From the human T2T-CHM13v2.0 reference genome, Homo sapiens: a DNA stretch of 64,000 nt. The notes beneath the pieces were generated by a model. The model was not told the origin of the DNA and ran no database searches. It saw only the letters and a program-made list of their open reading frames with translations. Below are positions 14,476 through 27,745 of this stretch, in pieces. The DNA lies in assembly GCF_009914755.1 (NCBI RefSeq), contig NC_060927.1; one strand, 5' to 3'. The position numbers were made by a program, and so were the translations under genes. Each line of letters opens with the position of its first letter. Position 1 is the stretch's first letter.

Positions 14476-15646
14476 TTTTTTAACTTTTATTTAAGGTTTG
14501 GGGATACATGTGAAGGTTTGTTGTTATAGGTAAACTCACGTTACAGGGGTTCGTTATACAGATTATTTCATTACCCAGGTATTAAGCCCAATATCCAATA
14601 ATTATTTTTATCTGCTCCTCTCCCCCTCCCATCCTCTACCCTCAAGTAGACCTGAGTGTCTATTGTTCCCTTCTTTGTGTTTATGAGTTCTCATAATTTA
14701 GCTCCCACTTGTAAGTTTGAACAGAACATACATCTGTTCCTGTGTTAGTTTGCTAAGGATAATAGCCTCCAGCTCCATCCACGTTCCTGCAAAAGACATG
14801 ATCTTGTTCTTTTTTATGGCTGCGTAGTATTCTATGAAGTATATGTACCACATTTTCTTTATGTAATCTGTCATTGATGGGCATTTAGGTTGATTCCATG
14901 TATTTGCTATTGTAAATAGTGCTGCAATGAACATTCCTGTGCATGTGTCTTTATTATAGAATGATTTATGGTCCTCTGGGTATATACCCAGTAACAGGAT
15001 TGCTGAGTCAAATGGTAGTTCTGCTTTTAGCTCTTTGAGGAATCGCCTTACTGCTCTCCACAATGATTGAACTAATTTACACTCCCACCAACAGTGTATA
15101 CCTGTTCCCTTTTCTCAGCAACCTCGACAGCATCTGTTTTTGTTTTTTTTTTTTTGACTTTTTAATAATAGCCATCCTGACTGGTATGAGATGGTATCTC
15201 ATTGCGGTTTTGATTTGCATTTCTCTAATGATCAGTGATATAGAGCTTTTTTTTCGTATGCTTCTTGGCTGCATGTATGTCTTCTTTTGGAAAGTGTCTG
15301 TTCATGTCCTTGCCCACATTTTCAATGGGGTTGTTTTTCTCTTGTAAATTTGTTTAAGTTTCTTATAGATGCTGTATATTAGACCTTTGTCGGATGTGTA
15401 GTTTGCAAATATTTTCTCCCATTCTGTAGGTTGTCTGTTTACTCTCTTCATAGTTTCCTTTGCTGCGCAGAAGCTCTTAAGTTTAATTATAACCCATTTG
15501 TTAATTTTTACTTTTGTCGTGACTGCTTTTGGTGTCTTTGTCATGAAATCTTGCTAATTCTTATGTCCAGGATGTTATTGCCTAGGTTGTCTTCCAGGGT
15601 TTTAATATTTTGGGTTTTACCTTTAGACTTTAATCCATCTTGAGTT
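14476..15646 (-). mobile_element. 5'-truncated primate L1 (old L1PA/L1PB) with perfect 17-bp TSD
   Basis: Minus-strand ORFs 14698-15063, 15077-15274 and 15302-15544 are frameshifted L1 ORF2p C-terminal pieces; TSD caatctcatcattttct at 14459-14475 and 15647-15663. Confidence 0.95.
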
Positions 15647-15929
15647 CAATCTCATCATTTTCTGAAAAGAAATCATACACTATCCCCTCTGGCCATCTAG
15701 AATGCTTTGGAATATTCATTATTTTGAGGAGATAAATGTTCCAGATAACAAAGGGTTTATCTTGTTAAGTGACAAAACTTTTTTATTTCAATAATTTGGA
15801 ATAAAATCTCTCCCAAAGTTATATATATTTTTCTTAACTTCTTAAAGGTGAATTTCACTTGAGGACTGCTCATTACAAACTCTGCTATAATAAGAGAAAT
15901 ACTAGACTATAAGTTCCATGAGAAGTGAG

Positions 15930-16125
15930 TGCATGCAGAAACTGGTGATCCAAATAAGGGCTGTAGTCTAGTTAATAGCACTATACCAATGTTAATTTCC
16001 TCACTTTGATAATAAACTTTACTTATGTAAGATTGTATAATTAGGGAAAGCTGTAGAAGGGTATATAGGAATTATTTCTGCAGCCTCTCATGAATCTAAA
16101 ATTATTCAAAATAAAAAGTTAAAAT
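15930..16125 (+). mobile_element. Old L1 (L1MC/ME-like) extreme 3' end
   Basis: 'taccaatgttaatttcct...gaagggtatatagga...tctaaaattattcaaaataaaaagtt'. Confidence 0.7.
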
Positions 16126-16154
16126 TTTCTGTTTCAGTTATCAAGTAGGTAAGT

Positions 16155-16367
16155 AGGGGAAGGAAGGAAGGAAGGAAGGAAGGAAGGAGAGGGGAGGAGA
16201 AGGGAGGGGAGAGGAATGGAGGAGAAGGGAGGGGAGGGGAGGGGAGGGGAGGGGAGGGGAGGGGAGGGGAGGGGAGAGCAAGGCAAGGTAGGCCAGAGCA
16301 GGCCGGGGCAGGGCAGGGAAGGGAAGGGAAAGGAAGGGAAGGGAGGGGAAGAGAAGAAGGAGGGGAG
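16155..16367 (+). repeat. Compound polypurine microsatellite (GGAA)7 / (GGGGA)9 / (GGGCA)n / (GGGAA)n
   Basis: Directly visible purine-rich tract. Confidence 0.97.
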
Positions 16368-16399
16368 ATCTATATAAAGCCATATAGGAGAGACTATGC

Positions 16400-16640
16400 A
16401 GCAACAGAAATATGGAGGCTTTAAATCCAGGCTGACTCTGAGGTCAAATCCCCTTCCCAGCTTTGGGACGCATTTCTTAAACTCTGTGAAACATTTCTTA
16501 AACTCTGTATCTACCTTTATAATATCAGGGATTAAAAATACATACTGCAGAGGATTGTTGTGAGGATTAAATTAAACAATATACCCAATACACTCAAACT
16601 GGGTATTCATCACCCGGTGGACATTCAATAAATTGTCCTA
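16400..16640 (+). mobile_element. MIR
   Basis: MIR core 'gaggattgttgtgaggattaaatt...cattcaataaat'. Confidence 0.7.
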
Positions 16641-16824
16641 TTCTAAACACCCTTATTTTTGTAGTGCTGGTTACCAATCATCAGAACTCAGCTCTCACTC
16701 ATTAATGCTCTCAGGGTGCTTCCCTATTTAATTTGCTGCCTCTTCACCTGCTGTGAGCTTGATCTAGTTCTATATACCATATTATATAGGCTCCAAATAA
16801 GGATCACATATGGTCAATAAAGTG

Positions 16825-17131
16825 TTTTGTGTTTGTTTGTTTGTTTGTTTGAGATGGAGTCTCACTCTGTTGCACAGGCTAGAATGCAGTGGCGCAATCT
16901 CAGCTCACTCTAACCTCCGCCTCCCGGGTTCAAGCGATTCTCATGCCTCAGTCTCCTGAATAGCTGGGATTACAGGTGTGCACCACCACGCATGGCTAAT
17001 TTTTGTATTTTTAGTAGAGAGGGGGTTTCATCATGTTGGCCAGGCTGGTCTTGAACTCTGACTTAAAGTGATCCACCATCCTCGGCCTCCCAAAGTGCTG
17101 GGATTATAGGCGTGAGCCACTGCACCCGGCC
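16825..17131 (-). mobile_element. Alu (AluS-like)
   Basis: Full antisense Alu with (GTTT)n tail, ending 'gagccactgcacccggcc'. Confidence 0.95.
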
Positions 17132-17279
17132 AAAAAAAGTATCTTTGTTTTAACTCACAGGCACTAGTTTTAGCTGCTCAGACACCTTTGTTCTTTTGAT
17201 TTCCTGTCTAGTTTTTGACTGAGTTCCAGATGGATAAGGTTTCTAGACAAGTTCTTGTTAGATTAGGCAATGGCATTAA

Positions 17280-17490
17280 TAAAAAATAGCCATCATTCAT
17301 TGATCATTGTAATGCTAAATATGCTAAGCAGTTAACATACAGTATCATTTAATCCTCACTCTGTGAGGTAACTACTTTAATTTCTAGACTGGAGATAAAA
17401 AATTCTGATACCTTGCCCAAGGTCCCAGAGCTAATTAGCTGCAGAGCTGGCATCACTAGGCCTGGCTGACTCCAGAGCCCAAGCTTCTAT
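17280..17490 (-). mobile_element. MIR
   Basis: 'tcatttaatcctcac...cttgcccaaggtcccagagcta...ctgactccagagccc'. Confidence 0.75.
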
Positions 17491-19229
17491 CACAGAGGAT
17501 GCTGGAACAGCTTCCTGTTCTTCAGTGTAATCAAAGGTACTTTTAAACATCCCTAGTCTTTAGGGTTGGAGCTCGATCGCTTTGAAGGAGATAAAGAGGA
17601 TGAGAAGAAGGGGAAGGGAAAAGAAGGGAGTAGTAGTCAAGAATCCAGTTATCTGAAAACAACTGTTATAGAACTAGTATTATTTTATATTGGTAGATCC
17701 TTTAAAAATGTTTGTTCAGTGATTCAGAAATAAGCAAGGTTTCCCCAACTGCTAGAGAAAGAATACTTTTTTCTCCTTTCTATAACTGAAATCTCTCGTC
17801 TATGCTGACTCTACCTCCGAATGCGTGACAGAACCAGCCAGGAAACATTTCTCACAGAAATATGAAGCACTTGGATTTGAATTGTGTAATTTCCCTTTAG
17901 AGGCCATCCTTAAGAATTGCGTGCCTTGCATGTTGAAGAATTTCTGTCTTTGGTTACCTGACATCTGAATAAATGCTAACGATCTCACCAGTCAGTCCAC
18001 AGAGTCCACTGTTTATGTGCTTCAGCCTGTAATGGGAGACATGCGGGAAAACACAAAAGAAGGAAAAGAGAGTACTCCTGCTTGCAAGATGCTTTCCATC
18101 TCATCCAGCAGAGAACCTGGTCTAAGAGAGGTGTAAATAATGCGCCTATTCTATAAGGGAACAGAGGCCAGAAACCAGCAAGGCTGTGGACCTAACCAGC
18201 TGTAAAGGCAGAGAAGTTTTAAACAGAAAAGGCTGCTGGGCCTTGGCATGTATTTTGCAATGGTTTGTGGTGTGAGGGATGTTTGGAGCAATTGTAAACA
18301 GGAACTGCTATGTCCTTATTAGGAATAATCACTTCTCCAGGCAAAGAAGTGGCTGTTGAGGCTTTTAAACACGTTTTGTGCTTAAGGTTTCCTCTCTCCC
18401 TCCTAGCCCAAGCCTATTCTCCCCATTCCTCCTGTAGGAACTCATTGAAGCTGTACTGCATGGTTGCTCTTTGTGATTGCTGCCTGGCAGAACCCAAGAA
18501 AAGAAACATCCAGGGACTCCATCTGGCTGGATTCACCTTGATCCTAACTGCTCACAAGAGCTGTTTATTCCCCCAACACTGAGCCTAGTATACCTCTCCT
18601 TTCTACAGAGTGCCCCTAAGAGCTATCCAGCTGGCCTGGCAAATTTTGCCAAAGACAGAACACTGGGCAGGACTTCAGGGGGTGGGGATGGGTGCTCAGC
18701 AGCCTGCATTTGGAGAGGCAAGAGCTCAATAGAAAGTAGGGTCTATGGAAAGAACATATTGGGGCCTCAGTTTCCCTGTGGGGAAGGGGAGATAAACCCT
18801 CAGGCCTCAATGCCCGAGGTCATCCCCCGGGGGCTGCTTTGATCCAGTATCACCTGTACAGAGGTGATTAAAACATAGCTGTGGCAACAAACAATATGGG
18901 TCAAAATTCTGGCTCTGCTTTGTCCTAGATGCATCTGCTTGGGAATTAAAGTGAGATGTAGCAAAAAGCTGAATTTAGGGGGAAAATGAAGGGTCTTTTA
19001 GAATTCTAGCCATAGGCCAAACCACCTTAGAGGAGGTGGTTATTTATAAACATTTGGGATTAAGGAGACTGAGCAAATTTGAAGACAAAGGTAAAGTCAG
19101 TTTTTCTCATTTTGAGAGTCAAGAGCGAATGAAATATTCAAGTGAAGATGGCAATAGGCAGTTAGAAAAACAGAAATAGAGTTTAGAGAGAGATTAGAAT
19201 GAGATTTTCTTCATTAATGATCCATGCAT

Positions 19230-19770
19230 GATCCTGTTTTATTTATTTTATTTCATCTTTAATAATATGAGGAACACTATGAACCAACCTATAGCGCAAG
19301 AACTAACCATTACCAATAACTCACATCTACACAGTCCTCATTCATATCACAGCCCTTCACCTCAGAGGAACCAACCATGATTTGGAATTCTGTGTCTATC
19401 ATTCCTTTGCTTTGCTTTCTGCTTTATTACAATATATTCTTGTATAAAAAGTAAGTTGATTTTTCTTGTTTTTGAACTTTATAAAGAGGTTACACTATAA
19501 TGTCCGCTGGAACTTGCTTTTGTCACTCTACATTATGTCACTAAGATTTATCCATGTTCAGTGTAGCTGAATATCACTAATTTTCACTACTGCATAATAT
19601 TCCATTGCATTAATATATACAATTTATTTGTCTCTTGTCATTGGTTATATGAGTTGTTTCCAATTTTTTGCAATTCTGAACAGTGAGCTATGGACATTTT
19701 TTCCTATGTCTCCTGGGACATATATGTAAGAGTTTCCCTTGGGCATGTGCCTAGGAGCAGAATTAATCAG
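19230..19770 (-). mobile_element. L1ME-like 3' fragment inserted into L2
   Basis: 'ctaagatttatccatgtt...cataatattccattg...gtgcctaggagcagaatt'; purine-rich antisense L2 sequence on both sides. Confidence 0.7.
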
Positions 19771-21360
19771 GGAGGTGATTGTCAAAGTTTGTCCAGGGAA
19801 ACCATGTAAAGCAAGAAAAGAAGAGGACTGGGGTCATATTCTTAGAAACATATACATTCAAGTATGTAGAAGAAGAAGAGGAGCCAGACAAGGAAATTGA
19901 AATGGGTAGCAGAAGAAAGGAAGTACACTCAGGAGAGAGGAGGGTTTCTTAAAGACAGGGTGACCAGCATCAAAGGATGCTGCAGAGACCATTTGAGGAG
20001 AATAAGGTTGAGAAAAGGTCAGTGATATTTGAGAAAGCTATTTGTGGCTTTGCGGACTGCTGAGAGTGGAAGCCAGTTTTCAAGGAATTAAGGATGAGTT
20101 GTGAGGGGAGAATGTAGAATGTACGTTCTACATATAGAAAGTTATAGAAAGTTAGAGGAGATAGCAGAGCTGATACATGATTTTTAATATGTTAGTTGTT
20201 TTAAGGATAGAGAAGACTTATGTTTATAGATTCAGAAGTAGAAGCCAATGGGAAGATAGAGATTGAAGAAGCAAGAGAGGTTAGTTGTAGAGGAAGGTCT
20301 TTTAAGGATCTGGAGAGGATAGAATGTGAAGCACAAGTTTGTTCTTGGCAAGGAGGAAGAACTCTATGTCTCTGAGACAGGGAGGCTGAAAAAGAATGCA
20401 TTAAAAAATTATCATCATCATCACAGCAAGTTACATTTATTGGGTGTACCATGTAAAATATCTTAAACTTACCCATTAACAAACATTATCTCACTTAATC
20501 CTCTGAACAGCCCTGTGGCATAAGTACTTTTATCATCGCTATTATAATTTTCATTTTACAGAAGAGGAAACTGAGGCTGAGAAATGACTAGACCCAGCTA
20601 GCTGATTGAGGGTATGTGCTGTCAATCACTACATGTAAGCTGAGAATCAGGAAGGCAAAACAAGCTTGAGCTAATGGCCAAAGCTCAGAGCTGAAGGAAA
20701 TCAGAAATGTTGTAAGAATGGAAATGCTTGGACTGGGCACTCTTGGGAATGTGATAACAAATCAGAAAAGGGAAGTGAACATATTGGGCTCCTACTATGT
20801 TTCAGACTAAGCACTAGGACCTTTACAAACATTGACTTATTTCAACAGAGATAAATAAAAAGATGTCTAAGAAGTAGCAAGCGCCCAGTAGTGACTGGAA
20901 AGTATCCAAATGTAGTGGAATTAAACAGTCTGGGCTTCCTCCAGCATACTCAAGTGCCAGGAACAGGAATCTGGAAAAGACAGTGTGGTTGAGACCAGGT
21001 TGGGGAGATACATAGTGGAAGCCAAGAGGCAAGGGTGTTGGGGAGGCCAGAGAGAACCATTTACTGGTTGACCATGAGGACTCACATAGCAAGGAAGGAG
21101 AATAAAGTCATAGAAAAAGAGACTGAGTTGGGGCTGGGGGAAGATCAATGGACTAAAGCTCACAAAGTGGCACAAAACCAATCCAGCACTGGCATGAGTG
21201 GGAGGGAGGTGGAAAGAAAAGAGCTTAAGGCATAGAGGACTTTCATGATTTGAGATCCCAGAGATTGAGCAGCTGAGGGCTGAGAGGTTTGCAGTGTGGT
21301 CACCCAGGTGGGTGCTGAAGGAGAAGAGGGTGTAGATGAATGCCACTGAGATTGAGAAAA
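19770..21360 (-). mobile_element. Fragmented L2 body, interrupted by a MIR at about 20410-20620
   Basis: Purine-rich antisense L2 motifs ('caaaggatgctgcagaga', 'gaagccag...aggaattaagga'); MIR core 'cattttacagaagaggaaactgaggct'. Confidence 0.55.
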
Positions 21361-22352
21361 CAGAAGGCTCAGCTACACATAGCACTTGTAGTTTTGTTGT
21401 TTTATAATCTTCATAGCTGCCCAGTGGAGTGGGTGTTCCTAGAGACATTACATAGGTGACCAAATTGAGGCTCCCCCAATTTGGAAGAAGCAGAAGAAGG
21501 GTGTGAACCAAGTTTGTCTCCTAGTTCCCCTCTTCCTCTTCTTGGCCGAATATTTTCACTCACCCTTCAAGAATCAGTTCAAATATTATCTCCAAGAAGG
21601 GTTCGCCACTCCCAAGGCTGGGTCCGATGCTCTGCTTCTAGAATTTCATGATTCCTTTTTCACCTTTGTCCCAATTACTCATTTATTTCTCTTGCTAGTC
21701 TAGAAGAAAGTGACTATGTCTCGATTTATTTCCAGGGCCTGGCACAATTATTGAGCCAAGATGAGCTCTGTATGTGTAATGAATTAATGTGTTTGAAAAC
21801 AATAAACTGGGCTTAGAGACATACCAAACCAGGAGTCTCCGTTTCTGCTATTTGGATGTACGGTCCCCATACGTTTGGTATGAGGAAAATGGTTATTTAT
21901 TTAAAAAATAAGGTCAGCATGGCAGGGGTAAATAGAAGAGCAGCCAAGAGAAGCACAGGAGGGAGCAGAGGAAGGGGTGGCCTCATCTGGATAGGAATGA
22001 GTTTAGAAAAGAGAGTAGGAAATACAATTAGACCAGTACAGAATACATATTTGTTGAATTACTTAAGTCATTAATTAATCAAAAGCCCCCAATTTCCTTG
22101 GAGGGCAACTAGGTTTTTATCTAGTGATCTCAGATAAATGTCTAGATAAAACTAGACAGAACTAGATAAAACCTGTTACTCCCCAAAAAAATCCACCTTC
22201 ATCACTCATTCTTCCTCAACCCCAGAAGAATCTCCCTCCTCTCCTCAACTGCCCACCACAGCCTTGTTTCATTCCCCATTCTTCACACCAACCTTGCCTT
22301 CCAACCCCAACTCCCCCAAACCTCCCAATTCCTTCACACATGCCAGTGCCTC

Positions 22353-22408
22353 TACACACACACACACACACATTCGTGCACACACACATACACACACACA
22401 CGCACACA
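22353..22408. repeat. Imperfect (CA)n microsatellite
   Basis: Directly visible. Confidence 0.95.
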
Positions 22409-24226
22409 TCCTACATCATTCCATCCCCAGATAAGCATCTGCACTTGCTCTCTCCCTGACTGCTTCTCCTCTCTTGTTCCCAGACTGGGAAAAGAGAAAG
22501 CCTGTTTTCAGTTAAGGCTTTGGTCACACACAGATGCCTTTTCCATTACTCTTGTTTTTCCTCTTGAGGTGTAGCATTTCCAATTAATTCTCCACAGGGG
22601 AGGCAGCCGTGCATTAACCACCCCACATGGGCTTGTGAAGAGGGGAAGGGAAGCAGGGCCCTTGGAGGCCTGACCTGGACTGCCTACAACTGACCCCTGC
22701 ACAGGCTGCAACAGGAGCTTCCTTCCCTTTGGGTTACAGAAGGTGACCCTGTGGATGCAGTTCGAGGGCATGTCACACATTACCTATCTCTGTGGCTAAG
22801 GTCTGTGAAATAGACACTCTCCTAATCCCCTGTACTGACCCTTGAGCAGCCTAAAGACACTAAATAAGCCTTGTCTGGTGAGATCCTGGAACTCATCTTG
22901 CTTCATCTTAAAACTCTAGGGGAAGAGTTAGAATGCAAGAACTACAACAGACTCATGAAAATCAACAAGGATTTGTCCCTCATGGATCTCCTATTTTGTA
23001 CAGAACTCTAGAACATATAATTTCCCCCACAAATTACAGGGGGGTGTAAGTGAAAACATGAAGGAATCCCTTATGCCCCCTATGGAGAGCTTCTGCCCAT
23101 GTGATATGAGGAAATATACAAGGTTTCTTTGGAACCTGGATGCTGAGCAGTTGATCCAGCTCTGTCACTAGTCCTCACCCATTACCTGCACAAACAGGAA
23201 ATTCAAATTTGGGTCTTCAGAAAGTGAAAGGTTGACATTTCATGGGTTCTGAAGGTTGGTCAAGAATTGTCAAAACTGCAAGTATTTAACTTGTAAATGC
23301 CAAGCGTTGCTGTGATAACAGCCCTTGTGTGATTTTTGCGAACTACAGTAAGCGAGGCATTGTGCTAGGAGCTTCACAATCACTATGATGTGTGCTGGGG
23401 GTTGACTGCTATGATTTTGTGATACACCAGGACTGTTATGGAGAAACCCCATCCTCACAGAGGGCCCGGACTCCATTGCTTTGCCCATTTGCAGCTCCAC
23501 TTCAAGAATCCTTGATACTGGGTTTCATGGCTGGAGATTCACCTGATTGATTCTGGGGTTGGAGAAGGGATTGGGGGAGTCCTTTTCAGCAGCAGGAAGA
23601 ACAAAGGCCATGGGAAATGAGTGGTAGGAAACAGCAGGGGGGATGAGAGGTATTTGAAGGGAGGAACTGAAGATTACTGTCAGATTTGAGGCCCAGAGAG
23701 CTCTAACACTGAAGGACACATGCTATTTATAATTGTAGGAAAATAGGCTTGATTTCACCTTCAAAGCCCTGGGGCCCCTCTCCTACACACCTGGTTCCAA
23801 TTATCCAAGATCTCATCTACCTAGAAGACAATGTGCATCTTGCTCTGATTCCCAGCCTGACTTTATCCTCTCCAGAGTCTCATCCACTTTCCGAAGTGAA
23901 TTTAAAAGAACCAAGTGGAAGAGGGGATCCTGGTTAACCCACATACCTGGAAATACATTACTATTTCATATTCCACATCTGCCTTAAGTTTTATCATCAA
24001 CAAGTTAATCATTTGCATAGTTCGTCCTTGTAATAATGCTTACACACTGAGATGCTTATTTTAAGAACATATCATGTAGCGAAAAATTCTTAGGAAATGG
24101 AAATATGATTTGGGAAATATAGTCAGTAATATTCATTGCATATTCCTTACCTTCAGATTACAGGAATGGGCACGTTGGAGATAAAATACAAAAAGTATGA
24201 TCCTAGACCTCTAGAATCAAACCTTC

Positions 24227-24624
24227 TGTTGTGGTTTCAAGGTTTTTGTCCACTCCAAAACTCATATTGAAACTTAATCTCCAATGCAACAGTGTTGGGA
24301 GATGGGGCCTAATGGAAGGTGTTTAGGTCATTAGGGCTCTGCCCTCATGAGTGGATTAATGCCACTATAAAAAGGGCTTTCTGGAGTGGGCTCACTCCCA
24401 AGCTCTTCTGCCACATGAGGAAGAGCATTCCCTCCTCTGAAACATGCAGCATTCAAGGCGCTCATCCTGGAAGCAGACGGAGTAGTCCTCACCAAGTATC
24501 AAACCTGCCAGCACCTTGATCTGTGACCTCCCAGCCTTCAGAACTGTGAAAAATACATTTCTGCTTTTTATAAATTACCCAGCCTCAAGTATTCTGTTAT
24601 AGTAGCACTAACCAGACTAAGACA
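24227..24624 (+). mobile_element. Complete MST-family MaLR solo LTR (MSTC/MSTD-like), 398 bp
   Basis: TG...CA termini, 5-bp TSD ccttc at 24222-24226 and 24625-24629, 'ccagaactgtga...ataaattacccag...gactaagaca'-type 3' end. Confidence 0.92.
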
Positions 24625-25513
24625 CCTTCCAAATGGAGCGGCAGAATTCACCCAAAGGATAATTAGGTGCTTCACTACTGAGACTAGTTGGGGAGGGGAT
24701 CTGATCTACTTTTAATAGGATAGTTTTAAAAAGCTTCCCTGAAATGATGCATTTAAGCCAAGACCCGAAGAATGAAAAAGAGCCACTCTTACAAAGAACA
24801 GGTGAAATTCTTTCTAAGGAGATGAACCAGAAAATGCAAACTCCCTGAGGCTGGAAAGAGCTTGTTCAAGGAAATTAAAAATATAATTGAGATAATATTA
24901 CACATAAAAATTTTCATGCTGTATTTCCACTTAGTATGAAAATGCATTTTCTATGTTATTAATTTTTTAAGTTTCAAAGATCTTATAGTAATCTATAAAT
25001 GTAATATAATTTGCATAACAATACCGTCTAAGAATACTTTGGAACTTTTTGCTTTTACAGAAGATAGCAGCACAGCTTTATACATAAATACATAGAAATA
25101 CATACATATATATAAATATTTTCTGATTTGCTTATTTTTCTTCAGGAAAAATTGCCAGAAGTGAAACTATTATTTGATGCATAAACATTTTCCAACCAAA
25201 TTACTTTCCTGAAAGTTGTCTATATTATTCTTTTGCCAGCAATATATGAAATCCATTCTAGAAGCAGTGATAATTTGAGCAGGATTTTAAATGTAAAATA
25301 GTAAACAGAAATCCTTAGTGTGGAAAATAATTAATTTAAAATTATTGATAAATATTAGGAATAGAAATTCTTTCAAAATATGTAGACTCAAATATATGTA
25401 AGAATCAGTTTAAGGAAAAGTATTCTCAAATCATTAAATATCTTTGGGAAAAGTTTTTATTTGGAAAAAAATTATAATTTAAATTATCTCCTTATATCAT
25501 ACCATATACTGGA

Positions 25514-26354
25514 TTATATGGTCTTCAATTAACATTGTTGATAGGTTCTTGGAAACTGAGACTTTAAGTGAAGCAATGTATAACAAAATCAATTTTATCA
25601 TAGGCTAATTAATATAAACAAGAATTAGGTTTCTACAACATATTTCTGGCTACAAAAACATCTAAATAAACTTCTAAATAAAGACCTAAAACACTTCTAA
25701 TACTAAACATTGAAATAAATTGGAGCTATACATATGTTTAAGAAAGATTAATGAAAACAAGAATTATTTATCCAATTTTTAGTGAATCAATGAGTGATGG
25801 TCCTAGTGCTGGTGGGTTAAATCAGGAAATGTTTGCAAAACAAAAATTGTAAGGAGCACCTCTTACCACCACGCAGTTCAAAAATAAACAATAATAAACA
25901 AGGTGGGCTCGCAGAGCACTTTCATTCCACATTGTTTATTGTCATGCATTTGTGTGATTATTATAGACTTTATGAATTTTTATTTTATAATAATTTATAT
26001 TCATTCATCCATTCATTTTTCAACCTGCTTATTTCCATTCAGGGTTGCAGGAGGCTGGAGACTATCCCAGCAGCACATGGCACAAAGCAAGAACCAGCCC
26101 CGGACAGGACGCCATTCCATCACAGGTGCACTCACACCCACCAGCACTCACTCAGACTGGGCCCATTTAGACACACCGATTCATCCAACATGCATATCTT
26201 TGGGGTGTGGAAGGAAACTGGATTACCTGGTGAAAACCCACACAGACATGGGGAGAACATGCCAGCTCTACACAAACAGTGGCCTGGTGGGGAATCAATT
26301 TTTTTTTTCTTATCAGTGTTATAAATGAAACAGTGTTGAAGTAAAGGACCTGCT
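25514..26354 (-). mobile_element. MER6 (TcMar-Tigger non-autonomous), near full length
   Basis: Left end 'aacattgttgataggttcttggaaactg', right end 'aggacctgct', internal 'gaaaacccacacagacatggggagaacatgc' block typical of MER6. Confidence 0.85.
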
Positions 26355-27559
26355 CTACATTCCAGAAGAGTGAAAAAGCAAACGTAAAAAAGTATACTTA
26401 CAGGGGAAGAGAAGCATAAAAGTCAAGGAAGAAAAGACAAATGGATCTAACTGCATACAGATTCAAACTTTTGTATTTCAAAAGTCCTGTAGACATAAAT
26501 TCATCCTCTAAGGTACCATAGGAGGTTTCTGAATAGTAAGAGCTAACATGTATTGAATGCTCACCAGGCACTCTGCTATGTACTTAATTTGCTTATTTTA
26601 TTTAATTCTCACAAGAATATTATGATTCTACCACAGTTTACTTTTCTCTCCTATCATTAGATGATAATTATTTATTCTAATAGAGGGACACTATAACTAT
26701 GAACCTCTAGCTCAGAGGTGCCCGGGATTTTGCAGCAGTTAGTCGTGGAGCTGAGCTGAAATGGGTGGTCTCTGTCAAGCCCTCGTCGATTTACCCAGGA
26801 TACTTACTCCTCATTCTCCCTTTGCAGTGCTTCCTCAGCCATAAGACTGGCCTGCTTGGCAGTCATCTGCCCATCCATTACTGTGGAATAGCGTATCTCA
26901 CTCCTATCTCACTCATCCCGAGGCCAAAGGCTACAGTTTCATGAACACTGGTTCCCTCTGACTTTTCCTCTATTGTCTAAGCCAACCCAGGAAAAGGCAC
27001 CATAGAAACAGAAAATATTATTAAAGCTCATATCACAAATCCAGGGATCATTTCCACTGAGCTGAGACAGAAAACTGATATGTTTATCAGAAAAGATAAC
27101 ACTTGTCTACAAAGAGTGCTTTCCAGGCCATAGGATAAACAGAGGGAGCCGTCAGCTTGACCTCTAGGCAGGGCGTCTGCACGAGGCTGGAGAGTCCGTG
27201 CTCTGTCCACCTCCAACAAAAACAGGCTGCTGACTTCATCCAGCTTCCAGTCCTTTCCCAGACAGGTCCCAGCTCTCGGCCACAGGCTTCCTCCTCTACA
27301 CATTTTTATTATAAGAAGATATTCAAGAATAATTAACAAAGTAGAAATAAATGATTTCTCAGAAAAGATTTAAAAGGCTAAATATGTATAATGTAATTAA
27401 ACAATGACTAACACTGGCCCCTTCAACAACTTGGCAATTCCCTTGGGCGAAGGCATTGTTTAGGCTGGCCTATGGGCCAAGGATCACGAGATGACTCACC
27501 CCAACATGGCCCTCATCTGTCAGACGCCTCTTCTCCATTTACTTGTGGAAACAGCATAG

Positions 27560-27745
27560 ACCTAGACCTGAGTTCAAATCCTGACTCTGCCACTTATTTG
27601 GCATGTAGTCTTTAGCAAAATCCTTAGCCTAAGACTTAATCCTAACTCTCAGTTTCATTACCTGTGAAATGGCAATAATATTTCCTAACTCTTAGAAATG
27701 TTTTGATGATTAGTGATCATAAAGTATTCAAGAAATGTTATTAGC
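27560..27745 (+). mobile_element. MIR
   Basis: 'gacctgagttcaaatcctgactctgccactta...ctcagtttcattacctgtgaaatgg'. Confidence 0.8.

Noticed and set aside
20921-21511. 196-aa minus-strand ORF
   Set aside because: It lies in decayed L2-like sequence with Leu/Ser/Phe bias from the pyrimidine-rich strand; no host-gene features.
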